Shown here: piece after piece, positions 1 to 14,404 of the stretch | How positions within the stretch are numbered: position 1 is the stretch's first letter | Layout of the letters: each line of letters starts with the position of its first letter | Position numbers and translations under genes: made by a program | Assembly (NCBI RefSeq): GCF_026210795.1 | Contig: NC_089429.1 | Location: forward strand, 6,572,001 to 6,636,000 | Reading direction: 5' to 3' | DNA length: 64,000 nt | Source of the DNA: Rhizophagus irregularis | Taxonomy: Eukaryota | Notes under the pieces: generated by a model | The model's database searches: none | What the model saw: only the letters and a program-made list of their open reading frames with translations | Told to the model about the DNA's origin: nothing

Positions 1-1697
1 CAAATTGGAAAATTTGTAGTTACCTTCACAGCCTACCAAGATGAATATTTCCCCAAAAAATAAATTAAAGAGCATAAACAAAATTGCATGTAATATTTCT
101 TATCAAATCAAGTGATATTTGTGAACAAATATTATTTTATTAGTTTATAAACAACTATATGCTATCCTTAAAAATACAACTATAAGGCAGTAATAAGTTT
201 ATTTGCAATATTCAAAAAAAGAACTTACCCTTACCTCTCAAGTAAAGAACATACAATTTGATTCAAATGTTTTACAATATTTAAAATACAACTTTTTACA
301 TTTTAAATTGTTATTCACATTATGAATAGAAAATCAATGTTGGAATTAAAAGCACTTGTATACTTATGTTTTTACCTTCTTTATTTCAAGTTTTATTGGC
401 CTTTTATCCTAAACATTTTGAATGAATAATCCTAAAAAAAAAGCTTTATTAGCATGGATTGTAAAAAGTTGGACTACTGAAGATTTGATTTAATTTCTAG
501 AAAAACAAAATTTGTCTATCAATGATGATGGCATTAAAATATAAGAGTTAAGATTTCAGGTGTAAGTTTTTTATATTTCGAAAACTGACTTAATTGATTG
601 TGGATTACATCAAGGCCTTTTAAAGATCAAAATCTTAGAAATTCCTTAAAAATAATATTCTCTTTCCTCACAACCAGCAGTCTTTCTGCAGATTTTTATT
701 TGTCAAACTTCCTCTCCTTCTTCCAAAGATGCCGAAAAAAAATGATCACAAGATTTTCTCAAAGCACTTTATATTTTAAGAGACAACCCTATTGTATTTG
801 CTGAAACCATGGTTATAAATCTGCTTTAGCAATAAGCCATTTCTGAATAATTACAGGAAGAAATTTGTATTTTGTGCATACCAGTTGAACAAAAATACCA
901 TCATATATCTATAATGTAATATATATAGTTCATGGATTAATTAAAATAAGTCAAAATATTTGACTGAAATCTAAATAGTAACACATCAATTTGGTGTTCA
1001 TAAAGAAAAATGTACATAGACAACTAATTTCTTTTATATACAGAAAAAAAGAAAGAAAATATAAGAGAATATTACAAAAATTCTAAAAATTCTAAAAAAA
1101 TTTCAATACATTAAAGTTGCAAAATCACTAATTACACCATTTGCAAAATAAAGTCTAATGAATAAATATTCTTCAAAAAAGAAGCAGAACCCAAAAAAAA
1201 ATAAAGTATTGGAATTGTTATTAGAAAAAAAAGGTTCAACATTAAAAAATATTATTTTACAACCAACACTCAAATGTGTTTCACCTATATTTATTCAGTC
1301 TTAAGAGAATATATTCGAAATTACAAACGTGGTGCAAGTATTTTATTTATTACATGATATTGTATTACATTTCCATGTCAACTTATTTGTATATGGTCCA
1401 GGCCATTAAGTATAATAATTTAGTAAATAATATAGTTATTAGGACTCTAAAGAAAGATTGTAAGATTGTAACATAAATGAAATAAAGTTATTTTAATTAA
1501 ACTGTATCATTATTATATTACGTTTATTTAACTTTGTAATGTACTGTACGATCAGCTAGACTGTACTGTGCGATTGAATTTAAAAAAGTTCAAAGTTCAT
1601 ACAGTATAGTACAGTACAGCTTAAAATGATCACGTAATTTAAATTTTTAACTTAAAAATTTTTTCACACTATAATTAAATATATTAAATAATACCAC

Positions 1698-3519
1698 GCC
1701 GGTTTAAAAGACTCGAAGATAATTATATCCTCAGCAATCGCCGTCGTTTAATCCACCCAATTAGCCAGGATGAAAATCGTAAAGATTTCACAAATAAAGC
1801 GCCGAAAATAATACCAAACAAGATTTCTAAATCTTTAGCAGTGGCCTGCCCATTGGAATAATACTATCAAAAACATCATTATGGGTAAAACCTTATCCCA
1901 AGACTCAATTGATTCACCTTCTATTGCTTACTTGGAACATTATGTGAAAGTTAATATACCTCAACCCACATGGGACACGTCTCATAGACAAAACTTAATA
2001 TTGGTGCACTGTACAGTATGCGTCCTTAACTCATTCTACCCACCCGATTTTCGACCCAATTGTGTTATAGCAATTCCGACAAAACGGACCTGTATTTTTA
2101 AAGTCTACAAATCTAATAATGCGTTCGAATACAAAAAATATAAGACTCATTTTAAGAAAAATCATTATTTTGTAGCTTGTAAATCTTGGTTAGTCTGAAA
2201 CATTTGACTTACCAACAATTTTTACAATTTAACAAGATTTCTCCACCACTACCAATGGTCACTATGTCACCGACACTTTACGCACGATTCAACAAATTAC
2301 GAAATCCCTTCATTGTAAATCACACATTAAAGAATAATTATGTAATTTGGCTTCTGATCTTACAACGGCCAATGACCTGACTTATAACACGGATGGATCA
2401 GTTAAACAAATTAGACACGACACCTGTACAAATGGCTATGGATGGATTCAATGTCACCTTTCAAGCGCTAGAAACTAAAAGAATTCAACTCTTTTTCCCT
2501 TCTTTCACCAAAAGTGAAGCTATGGAAATTCTTATGGTTCTCATTGTTACTCCTTATAACAGTTGTTGCAGTATCTATACTGACTCAAACAATTGTATTA
2601 ACACTTTACAGTCACTCTTGCATACACCAACTAGTCCGTGTAGACAACCCAAACAAAAAACGTGGGCCGTTAAAATCCGAAACCTTCATGTGAAGATGAT
2701 CAAAGTGAAAGCATATACCAATGATAAATTTAATGAATACGCCGGCCAATTGACCAAGGCTGGCGCTAATATCAAAGATCCTATTGTTATTAACTACAAA
2801 TTTTTTTCCGACTCTTCTTTAGGCTTGATCAAATGGCGTGACTTATACGCCGTTGACCAAATTTTAGAAGTTGGAGTAATAACGCCATACGAGCAAAAAA
2901 TCTTTGATTCACTAGTCAACAACAAATCGTTAAACCCATTGAACAACATATCCTCGATGGTCGTATAGACTGGACTTTCACTAAACAATGGATGAATTTT
3001 AATCCTACTAATCAAGTGTAGAGAGTTCGATGAATATGCAGCAACTAATTCGCATATTGGTTTATGCTTAAACCAGAACGAAATTATTATGATAATGGAC
3101 AAACGCTAGTGGCATCACTGGCATGACATTCGATCTTAAAACTCGAATAGACACTTCACCGTTATTCAACTTATCTCAAGACAATTTGATGAACTCACCT
3201 TTCTTCCTGTTAATCCGCCAGTTAATTCCGACGGAATTATCCTCGTTACTTTATAATTATATAGGACGCAAGCGCGCGCGAGATCATGCGTTCTTAGAAA
3301 TTATTACTCCGCTGATGAAAGAGATCAATGATACTATCTGGCGAGATCATGCCAAGGCTACGAGAGAATGGGAATTATCATCAATGCTTCGGTAAAAACA
3401 ATAAACGCCGCCGCAGTCTCGAGTCACGTGAAGATAGTCACGTGAAGAACCGTAAGGTCTCACCTCGCGATGTTTCGACGAGTCATACTACCAGCATCGT
3501 CCCACCATGAAGTCCAACG
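1698..3519 (+). mobile_element. Degenerate non-LTR retrotransposon relic with RNase H domain (3' part)
   Basis: GC/CpG-richer than the flanks, with a chain of broken ORFs. ORF 2393-2968 has RNase H-like motifs 'SIYTDSNNCINTL' and 'IKVKAYTNDKFNEYAGQLTKAGA' (cf. KVKAH...NExADxLAK.G), followed out of frame by 'IDWTFTKQWMNFNP' (~2965). Boundaries approximate. Confidence 0.7.
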
Positions 3520-4049
3520 CTAACTACACCAATTAAATGGTAAATTGTAATTTATTTCAGTTCCATATCCATTATAGTAACATTTAGCAAGATAGACTTG
3601 CGCAATTGGAAAATTTTCATTTGCCGCCTTTAAAAATAATTTAAAATCTTTAAAATTAAAATCATTCTCTATAACAATATTAAAATAATATATTGTATCT
3701 TTATCTTGATTTTTTGATAACCACTTTATAATTTTATCCGTGGTTTGACTTAATTGTAATAAATGTTGATTAATAAGTTGTTTGATATTTCCAAAAGTAA
3801 AATCTTTATCATGTTTATTAATTAAGTGTGCAATAAACTCATCGATAATTATATTATTGATCTTATTAGATACTAAATCAAATATATCTGTTGATAATTC
3901 TGTTAATTCACTTTTGGATTCATTAACAATTATTAAATTAAGGTTCATATTTTGCTGTATTTTTTCATTAGTTGAAAAATTTAATCCTTTTAAAATAGAA
4001 ACAATATTTTGTATATTTGGACGTTCACTTGGTTCAAATTTCCAACATT
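3520..4049 (-). pseudogene. Fragment of TKL protein kinase / Sel1-repeat gene (kinase C-lobe end, linker, one Sel1-like repeat)
   Basis: 'ECWKFEPSERPNIQNIV' resembles kinase subdomain XI after an AG acceptor at 4051-4050. 'FKLFLKAANENFPIAQVYLAKCYYNGYGTEINYNLPFNW' is a Sel1-like repeat. It ends at the retroelement edge and no upstream kinase exons are visible. Confidence 0.7.
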
Positions 4050-7000
4050 CTATTCCACATAAATGATGAACACCACTGTCTGTCACCACAATTATTACAT
4101 TCCACGGCACTGGTTTGTTGGGGACATTTCAATGGTAATTGATTTGTTCTAAATATTAGTTAGTATTATTGTTTAGTTAATATCGTATTATTATTTTTAA
4201 TACAATATCGATAATATATATCTAGATACCTTAGCGTTGATAAAAAAAATCAATCTGCTCATATAACATGAAAATTTGATGGAAATTTTTATATATATAT
4301 TTTTTTTACTGGTTGATGATATAAATTTATTTATAGAAATAAGGAAATTACATACATGTCTTTAGTTTGATTCTAAGTTACAGCTAAAAGTTACTATAAT
4401 ATAATAACATATTGTTTTCACTTACTTTTCTATATTTGTTGAATTTTCAAGAGAATAATAAGCATATATTATTTTGTAAAAGTTCCATGATCCCATCTTT
4501 TCAAAAGATATTCCTTATATGAAATTCTATTTGTATAAATATTTCTCATTTTTTTCAATTGGTAAAACATTAAATTATATTTATCATTAAATAATCCATC
4601 ACATCCTTCAGATTTTATCATACAATTTTTGTATCTTAAATTATCAAAATTATATAATAATGATGATAATGATGATAATTTAACTATAACATTTAATTCA
4701 AAATTTTTAATATAAGGAAATTGTTGCCTTTCACTTGTATTGTTTCTTTGATTATATTCCATTAAGATTAGGTGATGATGATGGCTTATTGTCAGAATGA
4801 TGATAACCTGTATTATTATCATAACAATTTTATTTAAATTTAACCATGTATGTGAATGATAAATTTCATATGAGGAATAATCAAATTTATACTGTAAATA
4901 ATTGAAGCTGAAAGATCAGAATTTCCCGGAATTAACACCGTAGTATCTCTTAACATGTCCTAAATATTTTAATATATTTCTAAAAATATAATATTTTTTA
5001 TTAAATAAATTTTTATTAATTCCTTGAATGTCTTTTTTTTACTTATCGATCATCAGAATAATGATTTGCAATGAATCAAATTCTCATAATATAACGCTCC
5101 CTAATCCCAAAAATCAACATATTTTTTTATTAAAAATTCCATTTTCATAATAAGCATCGCTCATTACATCGTACGATATTCTATTCATGAACATATTCTC
5201 TTTCTTATATCAAAAAAATTTTTCCAGATACACATTTATATATACAAGTAATTCATTTTATTCATTGAAACAATATCCATTTTTGTTATAACTGAATGTT
5301 ATAAAATTTCAATTAATAATTTGTTAGTAAAAGAAACCAAAAAAAAAATTTGAATTACATGAATGAATAATAAAAAAAAGGGTACAGTACATCATCTCAT
5401 TAAAAAAGTGCATAAAACAAATATCACGATTTTAAATTTGTACTCAGAACTTTTTTTTCTTATTCAAAAGGGCTTAAAATTAATTTATTATTAAAGTATT
5501 ATAATATGATTTTACGGCACCCCAGCAGCGGCCCAGCCAAATGATTGATATACATAGTTTCTAAGTACACGGGCGTGCACTACTTCCTAGCTTATAAACC
5601 CATGGATCAGATTAGCCCACGAGATCTGATTAATAATACTTCTAATTCTGGCCAATTTCATAGTAGCCAAATCTTGGAATAATTCTGGCCAAATTTTTGT
5701 TACAGGATAGTCCATATGAACAATATTTAATTCTCAAATATTATTTCTGTAATCCAGCAACAATTTTAGAATACTGTTGATATAATTATGGATTCAGAAA
5801 GTTATACTTTAGATCAGATGTGTACTATTGTATCGGGCAAATATAAAAAGCGAAAACTTAGAGAAAATAGGTGAAAAAAACGGACGGACTTTTTTAGGCC
5901 AAATTCGAAGATAATTATTCTGTTTAATTTTCTGGCCAAATTTTTGGCGGAGAAAAACTATATATTAAATGTCCTTTTTTTAACTTATACCAAATTAAAA
6001 GTCTTACTTTCTGGCATAATTCTGCTGAAATTTTGGCAAAAATAGACATTTAAAAAATGAACTGATAATTCATCTTTATATTTATATTTCTATAATACTA
6101 ACTGAATTTTTGACTAAAATTTAGTTATAATACTCCATTTGAAATATTATTGTATAAATACTTAATTTATAGACGCCTTTTCGCATTTCCGATAATTAAT
6201 ATAACAAATAATCATATAATAAATACTACATTTATATAAATTTAATTAATCTAGAATTATTCCAGAATTTGACCAGAATTGAAACTTATCATTTACTAGC
6301 CGAATAATTGATAAAGTTTACTTCTTACTAAGTGGACATGAAAATCTTAGCTTATAAACTACTCATGGGCCATCTTTAGCCCACAAGATTTGATCGGTTT
6401 ACTTTTTCATCAATTTCATTTTTATAATGGACATTTCAAGGTAAAATTTTATTAATAATATAACTTATTATTGTAATGCATTGTGATAATAAATATTAAT
6501 GTAATTTTTTAATAGTCAAACTTTCAAAGAATATGAAAACAACCAGCCTGAAGAATAAGAAAGTAATAAGTAATACTACTTTTTTAAAAAAAATTATATA
6601 ATTACTAAACAGTTAACCATATATTGATAATTATTTTAACTAGGTTTACACAGGAAAAATATGAAATATTATTGCTTACAGTATATATATATATATATAT
6701 CAAAAACATGATGCAGAAATTCGTCTATTATTAGCTAATGAATGCCAACCTGAAATAGCATTTGTAAAGTTTTCTATAATAAAATTTTTGAATTATATTT
6801 TTATTAATTATATATTAAGTTATTAATTTATAGAGTATTTTTAAAGATAATCGAGAGCCTGTACCAAAATAATCTCGTAATATCATGGTATACATTTAAA
6901 TCTGAATTGTTTAGAAAAAATAGTAAATATTATATACAGTAGAAATAAATAAAATTTATTTATTAATTCTTAATTACATGTATTATAATTTTTAACTTAG

Positions 7001-8060
7001 AAATTAAAGCTACTACTCCAAGAGCTCAAAAGAAATGCGCTGAAGAATATACATTACTTAATGAAACAGAAAGAAACCAAACAGCTGAAGAATTATCAAA
7101 AAATCAAATTGGCAAAGAACCAAGCTGAATAGAAAATATAAATCTCAGAAAAGCTGAATTAAATAATCAAATTTGTTTTTTAGAAAATTGGCGTTGTATT
7201 TTATTTTTTTATTTTTTTAAATAGATTATTAATAAATTACAACTTTTAGTAACATACATTACAAATTACTAAATTACTTGCAATGTGGAATTTTTGACAA
7301 TCATAGTTCCATTAGATAAATAATTAAACAACTCTTATTTTGAAACTCCTGTCAGGAAAGAAGTCAATAAGGATTGTATAAAATAGATGAAATTAAGGAT
7401 AGTTTCATCATTTTTCCTGTCTAAAAAAGCAGGTATAACAATATTTTATTATTTATTATTTCATAAAGTGTATAATTAACCATTTTATGAATTGGCCAAA
7501 AGTAAAATTATTAAGCAAGCTGAGGGAATGACAGCTCAAGTAAATTCACAAGAATTGGAGGATGCAACAAAAAAAACCACTTCTATAAATCAGTCCTGGT
7601 CAGCTGATCTCCTGGTTTGAAATAAGAAAAGAAGGGCTTATTGTTAGTATGGGCTGTGTGTTTATTACACAAGTTTTTATAAAATTCAAAAAAAAAGTTT
7701 TAACAAATTAATTTTAAACAAGTATGTGAGAAAATGTGAAAAGATTAGCCATCTCTGATGCTTGTGTGGCTTTTAATGTGACTTTGCCAAGACTTTTTTT
7801 ATTATGGCACAGCCCTCTGTAATAATAGTAGTCAAAGTATTTTACATATAAATACAACTTGTCTAGCTATCTCACAATTTATTTCCCTTTACCATGTTCT
7901 TTCCTTCTGCATGACACAGTTATTGACAAAACACCTATGATTGCTAAATTCATTGAGTGTAATCCATTATCATTTGGCTAAGATGATTTGAAACCCATAA
8001 AACCATAATTCTGACAAGAAATAATTAAAAAGCTTAGAAATAATTTTATATAAATAATGG

Positions 8061-11000
8061 ATGATTAATAATTTACTATCTTCAATCAAAATAGATACTA
8101 GGCTAACTATTACCACAGAGACAAATGACAAGATACTATTAACTGAACTTGATGACATTCTTTGCAAAGTATCCAACAATCAATTTGCTAAATTAAAAAA
8201 AAAAGAAAACATATTTTTAATAACATATCATCAGAATGGGCCAAATAACATAAACCTTTATCTTATATATCAGACAAAATATATGAAGGTCTGGCACAAA
8301 ATGAATAGATAACGGCATTTTGTACAGACGTGTCAGGCATTGATTGTCTATGTTTGAGAAATTATAATCAAGTTTATAAGTGTAATAATTAAGTCAGCCA
8401 TCATGCCAGTCTCACAATTATTTTCTCACAATTATTCCTAATACTTAAATAAATTGCGAAATAGAAGAACTAGGAAACGATTATGCTGATGATATATTTG
8501 AGATCATGAAGGGGAGGTGTTGTGTATCAATTTCAAAAAAATCAATAATGTCTTAATATGGCAAGCTATCAAAATGAATATAATGATTCAGCTGATATAT
8601 TAGCTAGAGAAGGATGTTTTATAGATTCCCTATTAAAAATCATTGAAGTTCAAAAGTATTACGAGTTAAAGATTGTTAATTCTGGATTATAATTTCAGAG
8701 CTTTTGCTGTTACAATCTTCAATAAATTGTTAGTCCTTTTGGATTAAAATTGTATTATATCATTTAACAATATATATATATATATCAACAGGAATATCAG
8801 AAAAGTATTAAAAAAGATTATTAATTTTTGACAACTAGAAAATCACCTTTTGCATAAAGTGGTTGATACTATTAAACTATTTTCACTCAACAACATTGAC
8901 AGGTGGAGTTGATTGAAAGCCATTATTGATTGGAAAACTACTCAAGCATGGATGGAATATTAGTGACCCTTTACAGCAAAGCAATTAAATGTTGTAAAAG
9001 TTTCTCAAATAAGAGATACTTTTATATCAGTCATTACCTATCATTATGGTACACTTTATTAATGGAGCTGAAAGCTGCTTTTCGGGAGTCGAATTCCTTA
9101 GTTGTAGTACTAAAATTAGTGATATTATTTTATCTAACTTAGTAAAAACATGTAAATCAATTAAGGAATTAGAAAAATCCAATCACTGTTATTTTGCATG
9201 GAGCACTGCAAGTTGTTATTTTAAGAGAAAAATAATTATTTTAACAATATATTTTATGACTTCACTACTTTATAACAATATTGCAGCAATAATTTAAAGA
9301 AAGAAATAGTTAGATTCTATATAAAAGTCTAATGGCATACAGTAAACGTGGATTAAATTATCATAATCATTATTAATGTTATATTGAAAAAAAGAAATCA
9401 AATATATTTGATTCAAATCTCTACATTAACAAATATTCATATTACTTTGATACAATGATTAATAGTTTATTATCTTCAATCAAAATAGATAGGCTAACTA
9501 TTACCACAGAGACAAATGACAAGATACTATTAACTGATTGATGACATTCTTTGCAAAGCAACCAACAATCAATTTGCTAAATTAAAAAAGAAAGAAAACA
9601 TGATTTTAATAACATATCATCAGAATGGGTCAAAGTATATGAACCTTGTATGTCAGACAAAATATATGAAGGCTCTGGCACAAAATGAATAGATAATGAC
9701 ATTTTGTACAGACATGTCAGGCATTGATTGTCTATGCTTAAGAAATTCTAATCAAGTTTATAAGTGTAATAATTAAGTCAGCCATCATGCCATTAGAATT
9801 GAGTCTCACAATTATTCTCTCACAATTATTCCTAATACTTAAATAAACCTACAGAATGGCAATACTATCAGTTGAGATTTTTATCAACTGGAGTCTTAGA
9901 ATGATTAAATATAGTTCCTAATCCAACAAATGATATGTACATTGATTTGAGAACTTTATATTACAGAGGATTTCTTATGAAACATATTCATAATGCAATG
10001 GATTTTTATCTTTTAGATGATAATGGTAATTATATGCAATCATGTGGATAAAACATACTCTTCAGAATCATGGTTTAGAAAAATCTCATAACTGCAAGTC
10101 TCAGCTCCATCTGTTTGTCACATCAGGTAGTATTACAAGATCTAAATTTGGCCAGATTGAAAAAAAAATCCACACATATACCAACATATATGATCAATAA
10201 TATAATAGAGCATCCAGAGAAAATAATTCAGAATATTGTGAAGATATTGACTTAGTAGGCATATCAGAGGGTACGATCACCTATCCTTAGGTTATATTAT
10301 AAATATACTCTATTAGAATACAAATTGTATTAGCAAAATTAATTACAATTTAATTATCTAATTATGGTCAATAATACTCTAATATATGTAACAGTTATTT
10401 TGTGGATATTACAGCACAAATTGGCAGTTTTGCCTTTTTTAATATACTTATATTGATATGCTTTTTACTCATCTTTTTAAATAAACAGCAGAGGAAAAAA
10501 TTACAATTCTCTGAAAAGAAATTAAGAACAATATCACATTTGCTAATAACATTGGATGATGGGTTTATCTACACAATATATATATATATCAACAGGAATA
10601 TCAGAAAAGTGTTAAAAAGATTATTGATTTTTGACAACTAGAAATAATTACCCTTTGTACAAAGTTATACTACTAAACTATTTTTACTTAACAACATCAT
10701 TGATTGGAAAACTACTCAAGCATGGATGAAATATAATCCCTTTCTCATTCTACTAGTTTCAAATACAGCAAATTAGTTAGTTGGCATATTAAATCATCAA
10801 TGTTCAATTTACCTATACTTGACTATTTCAATACATTTTACCCTGATTTACTCCAAGATTTCAACAAATGTTTCAAGAATTTGAAACCAACAAACATTTT
10901 TAGCCCTGTAAAGAATCTCTTAATCATTTAATTCCAGTTTTCAAAAAAAAAACATCAAGAAATTTTTAGAATTCTTATTATGACCAACTCTGAACAATTA

Positions 11001-13430
11001 GTGATCCTTTACAGCAAAGCAATCAAGTGTTGTAAAATTTTCTCAATAAGAGATACTTTTATATTGGTTATGCCTATCATTATGGTATACTTTATTAATG
11101 GAGCTGAAAGCTGCTTTTCAGGAGTTGAATTCCTTAGTTGTAGTACTAAAATTAGTGATAATATTTTATCTAACTTAGTAAAAACATGTAAATCAATTAA
11201 GGAATTAGAGCTTAGTCTCAAAATCCAATCACTGCTATTTTGCATGGAGCACTGCAAGTTGTTATTTTAAGAGAAAAATAATTATTTTAACAATATATTT
11301 TATGACTTCACTACTTTATAACAATATTGCAGCAATTATTTAAAGAAATGATAGTTAATTCACTACTTTATAGCAATATTGCAGCAATAATTTAAAGAAA
11401 TAGATTTTATACAAGATATATAAAAGTCTAATGGCATACAGTAATAAACATGGATTAAATCAATATTATATTGAAAAAAAGAAATCAAATATATTTGATT
11501 TAAATCTCTACATTAACAAATATTCATATTACTTTGATACAATTATTAATGGTTTATTATCTTCAATCAAAATAGATAGGCTAACTATTATCACATAGAC
11601 AAATGACAAGATACTATTAACTGATTGATAACATTCTTTGCAAAGCAACCAACAATCAATTTGCTAAATTAAAAAAGAAAGGAAAACATAATTTTAATAA
11701 CATTTCATTAGAATGGGCCAAAATATATGAACCTTGTATATCAGACAAATGTATGAAGGTTTTGGCACAAAATGAATAGATAATAATGGCATTTTGTACA
11801 GTCATGTCAGGCATTAATTGTCTATGCTTAAGAAATTCTAATCAAGTTTATAAGTGTAATAATTAAGTTAGCTGTCATGCCATCAAAATGGAGTTTCACA
11901 ATTATTCTCTCACAATTATTCCCAATACTTAAATAAACCTACAGAATGGATCCCCAAATCTGTAAGAGATAGACCTTCTGGTCCTAAAGCAGACCAAACA
12001 AAAATGTTTCAAACTTTACAAGATTATATTAATTCAAACAAAGCAAGCGATGAAAAAAGAAAGGAAAATTTTTAGATTTTGAAATATATAAGTATGTCGT
12101 AAAGTCTGATGAAAGAAAGTCTTTAATTGAAGATCTAATAGGTTCATTTGGATTGAGTAACTTGATATGCATAATTGCTAATACTATCAGTTGAAATTTT
12201 TATCAACTGGAGACTTAGAATGATTAATATAGTTTTTAATCCAACAAATAATATTGGACATTGATTTGAGAGATTTATATTACAGAGGATTTATTATGAA
12301 ACATATATCTTTTAGATGACAATGGTAATTATGTGGATAAACTGTCCAACGTAATACTAACATCGGATGGATTGGTTTATCTAGATAAAATATCAAGCTT
12401 AATGATATTGAAATCAATAGATGTTACCACAAAACCTTACATTATACTTCATACTTTAGCCTATAATGATTATTTAGCATGATCACATTTACCTTTATTA
12501 TAATATTATCCATATATCCCGAAATAGAAGAATTAAGAAACAATTATGCTGACAATATATTTGAGATCGGGTGTTGTGTGATCAATTTCAAAAAATCAAC
12601 GTCTTAATATGACAAGCTATCAAATATGTCAAAACAACTTTAAAAATTGGATATTAAATTAATTAAAGCTAAAATACTCTGGAAATGAATATAATGATCC
12701 AGCTGATATATTAGCTAGAGAAGGATGTTTTCTAGATTCCCTATTAGAAATCTTTTTAGTTCAAAATTATAATGAACTAAAAATAGATAATCATGAGTTT
12801 ATAATTGCTGTTAAATAATTCAAACAATCTTCAATAAGTTGTTAAGCCTTTTGGATTAAAATTGTACTATATCATTTAACAATAAATTCACAATATATAT
12901 ACAGGAATAGAAAAGTGTTAAAAAAGATTATTAATTTTTGACAAGAAGAAATCACCTTTTGTATAAAGTGCTTGATACTATTAAACTATTTTTACTTAAC
13001 AACATTATTGATTGGAAAATTACTCAAGCATGGATGCAATATAATCCCTTTCTCATTCCACTAGTTTCAAATACAGCAAAATAGTTGGTTGGCATATTAA
13101 ATCATTTACCTACACTTGACTATTTCAATACATTTTATCCTGATTTACTCCAGATTTCAACAAATGTTTTTTTGTTAACAAGAATTTGAAACCAACAAAT
13201 ATTCTTAGCCTGTAAAGAATCCCTTAATCATTTAATTCCAGTTTTCAAAAACACCATCAAGAAATTTTTAGAATCCTTATTATGGCCAATTTTAAACAAT
13301 TAGTGACCCTTTACAGCAAAGCAATCAAATGTTGTAAAATTTTCTCAAATAAGAGAGACTTTTATATCAACCATGCCTATAATTATAATATCACAAAATC
13401 CAATCACTGCTATTTTGTATGGAGCACTGG
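8061..13430 (+). repeat. Imperfect tandem triplication (units start ~8061, ~9456, ~11543) of a chimeric non-LTR relic plus F-box/LRR fragment
   Basis: The block 'atcttcaatcaaaatagata..ggctaactatta..acagagacaaatgacaagatactattaactga' recurs three times, as does 'attagtgaccctttacagcaaagcaat' (~8959, ~10998, ~13300). Retro motifs: 'YSGNEYNDPADILAREG' (~12675), 'IDWKITQAWMQYNP' (~13007), 'LPTLDYFNTFYPDLL' (~13106). LRR-like piece 'FINGAESCFSGVEFLSCSTKISDNILSNLVKTCKSIKELEL'. Confidence 0.8.
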
Positions 13431-13654
13431 AGCTAGACTTCTAATAATACTGTTAATCTTGCCTCACTCTAGACCTATGCTGTATCTTAAATCTAATTTC
13501 TCAAGAATTCATACGTACATTTAAAGCAGTAGGAATCACTAAGAAAGCTACAATAAAGCTTTTATTTACATTTTCCATGATTTACATCAGCAGGATATTT
13601 ACTCTACACTTTAATCTTATACAGTTTTCCTTATGAAAATAGTTAAAAGGCATT

Positions 13655-13927
13655 ATGAAATCCTCATTTAAGAATTACAACAATAGAAAGCATAAAAGAA
13701 ATTCTGATTATGAACAATTCCATATAGTGGAATATTATAAAGACCCCTGCCATATTCGCCTATATTATGAACATGGCTTTATAAATTGTCCAAGTATAAT
13801 TTTTACAGTACAAGAACTTCAGAATATTTGTATAAAGTGTTGGGGACCAATCCATGGAACATCAGGAAATTGTACTAATGATCGGGTCACACCTCTGTTT
13901 AAAGAAGGTTATATACAACCAACATAA
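13655..13927 (+). pseudogene. Hypothetical coding exon (Cys/His-containing) interrupted by a hAT MITE
   Basis: 90-aa ORF with CIKC..H...C. Its stop codon is the first TAA of the MITE TIR. After the right TSD the frame continues QLIQNFFF to an AG|GTAAGA donor-like site at ~14180. Confidence 0.35.
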
Positions 13928-14145
13928 GGTTGCTTGCCAAAACCTCTCCAAAATCCTGCGATAAATTTCGGCAAGATTTTACTATATGTTTACTATAGTT
14001 TCGGCAGGGTTTCGGCAGTTTCGGCAAATGGGGTTTTGGCATTTCGGCAAAGTTTCGGCAGGATTTTTAATATGATTTAATATAGTTTCGGCATTTTCCG
14101 TATAGGTTTCGGCAGTTATTAAGAAGGTTTCGGCAAGCAACCTTA
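13925..14145. mobile_element. hAT-type MITE, 221 bp
   Basis: TIRs TAAGGTTGCTTGCC(A/G)AAACC. Exact 8-bp TSD AACCAACA (13917-13924, 14146-14153). Many internal TTTCGGCA motifs. Confidence 0.9.
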
Positions 14146-14404
14146 AACCAACACAATTAATTCAAAATTTTTTTTTTAGGTAAGATTTTTAGATTTATAC
14201 TTTTTGATTTTAATAATATATTAATATATTTTTTATTAATAAATAATAATTAAATTGCCGATATTTTTTGGTCATTAAAGGTAATTAATGATTATATATA
14301 TATCTTTCAATTTATTTTATTATTAATATTTTTATTAACTTTTCTTTTTATTTAAATTAAAGGTCGTAATGAAAATTTTTTTTTTTAACATACATGGTTA
14401 AAGA

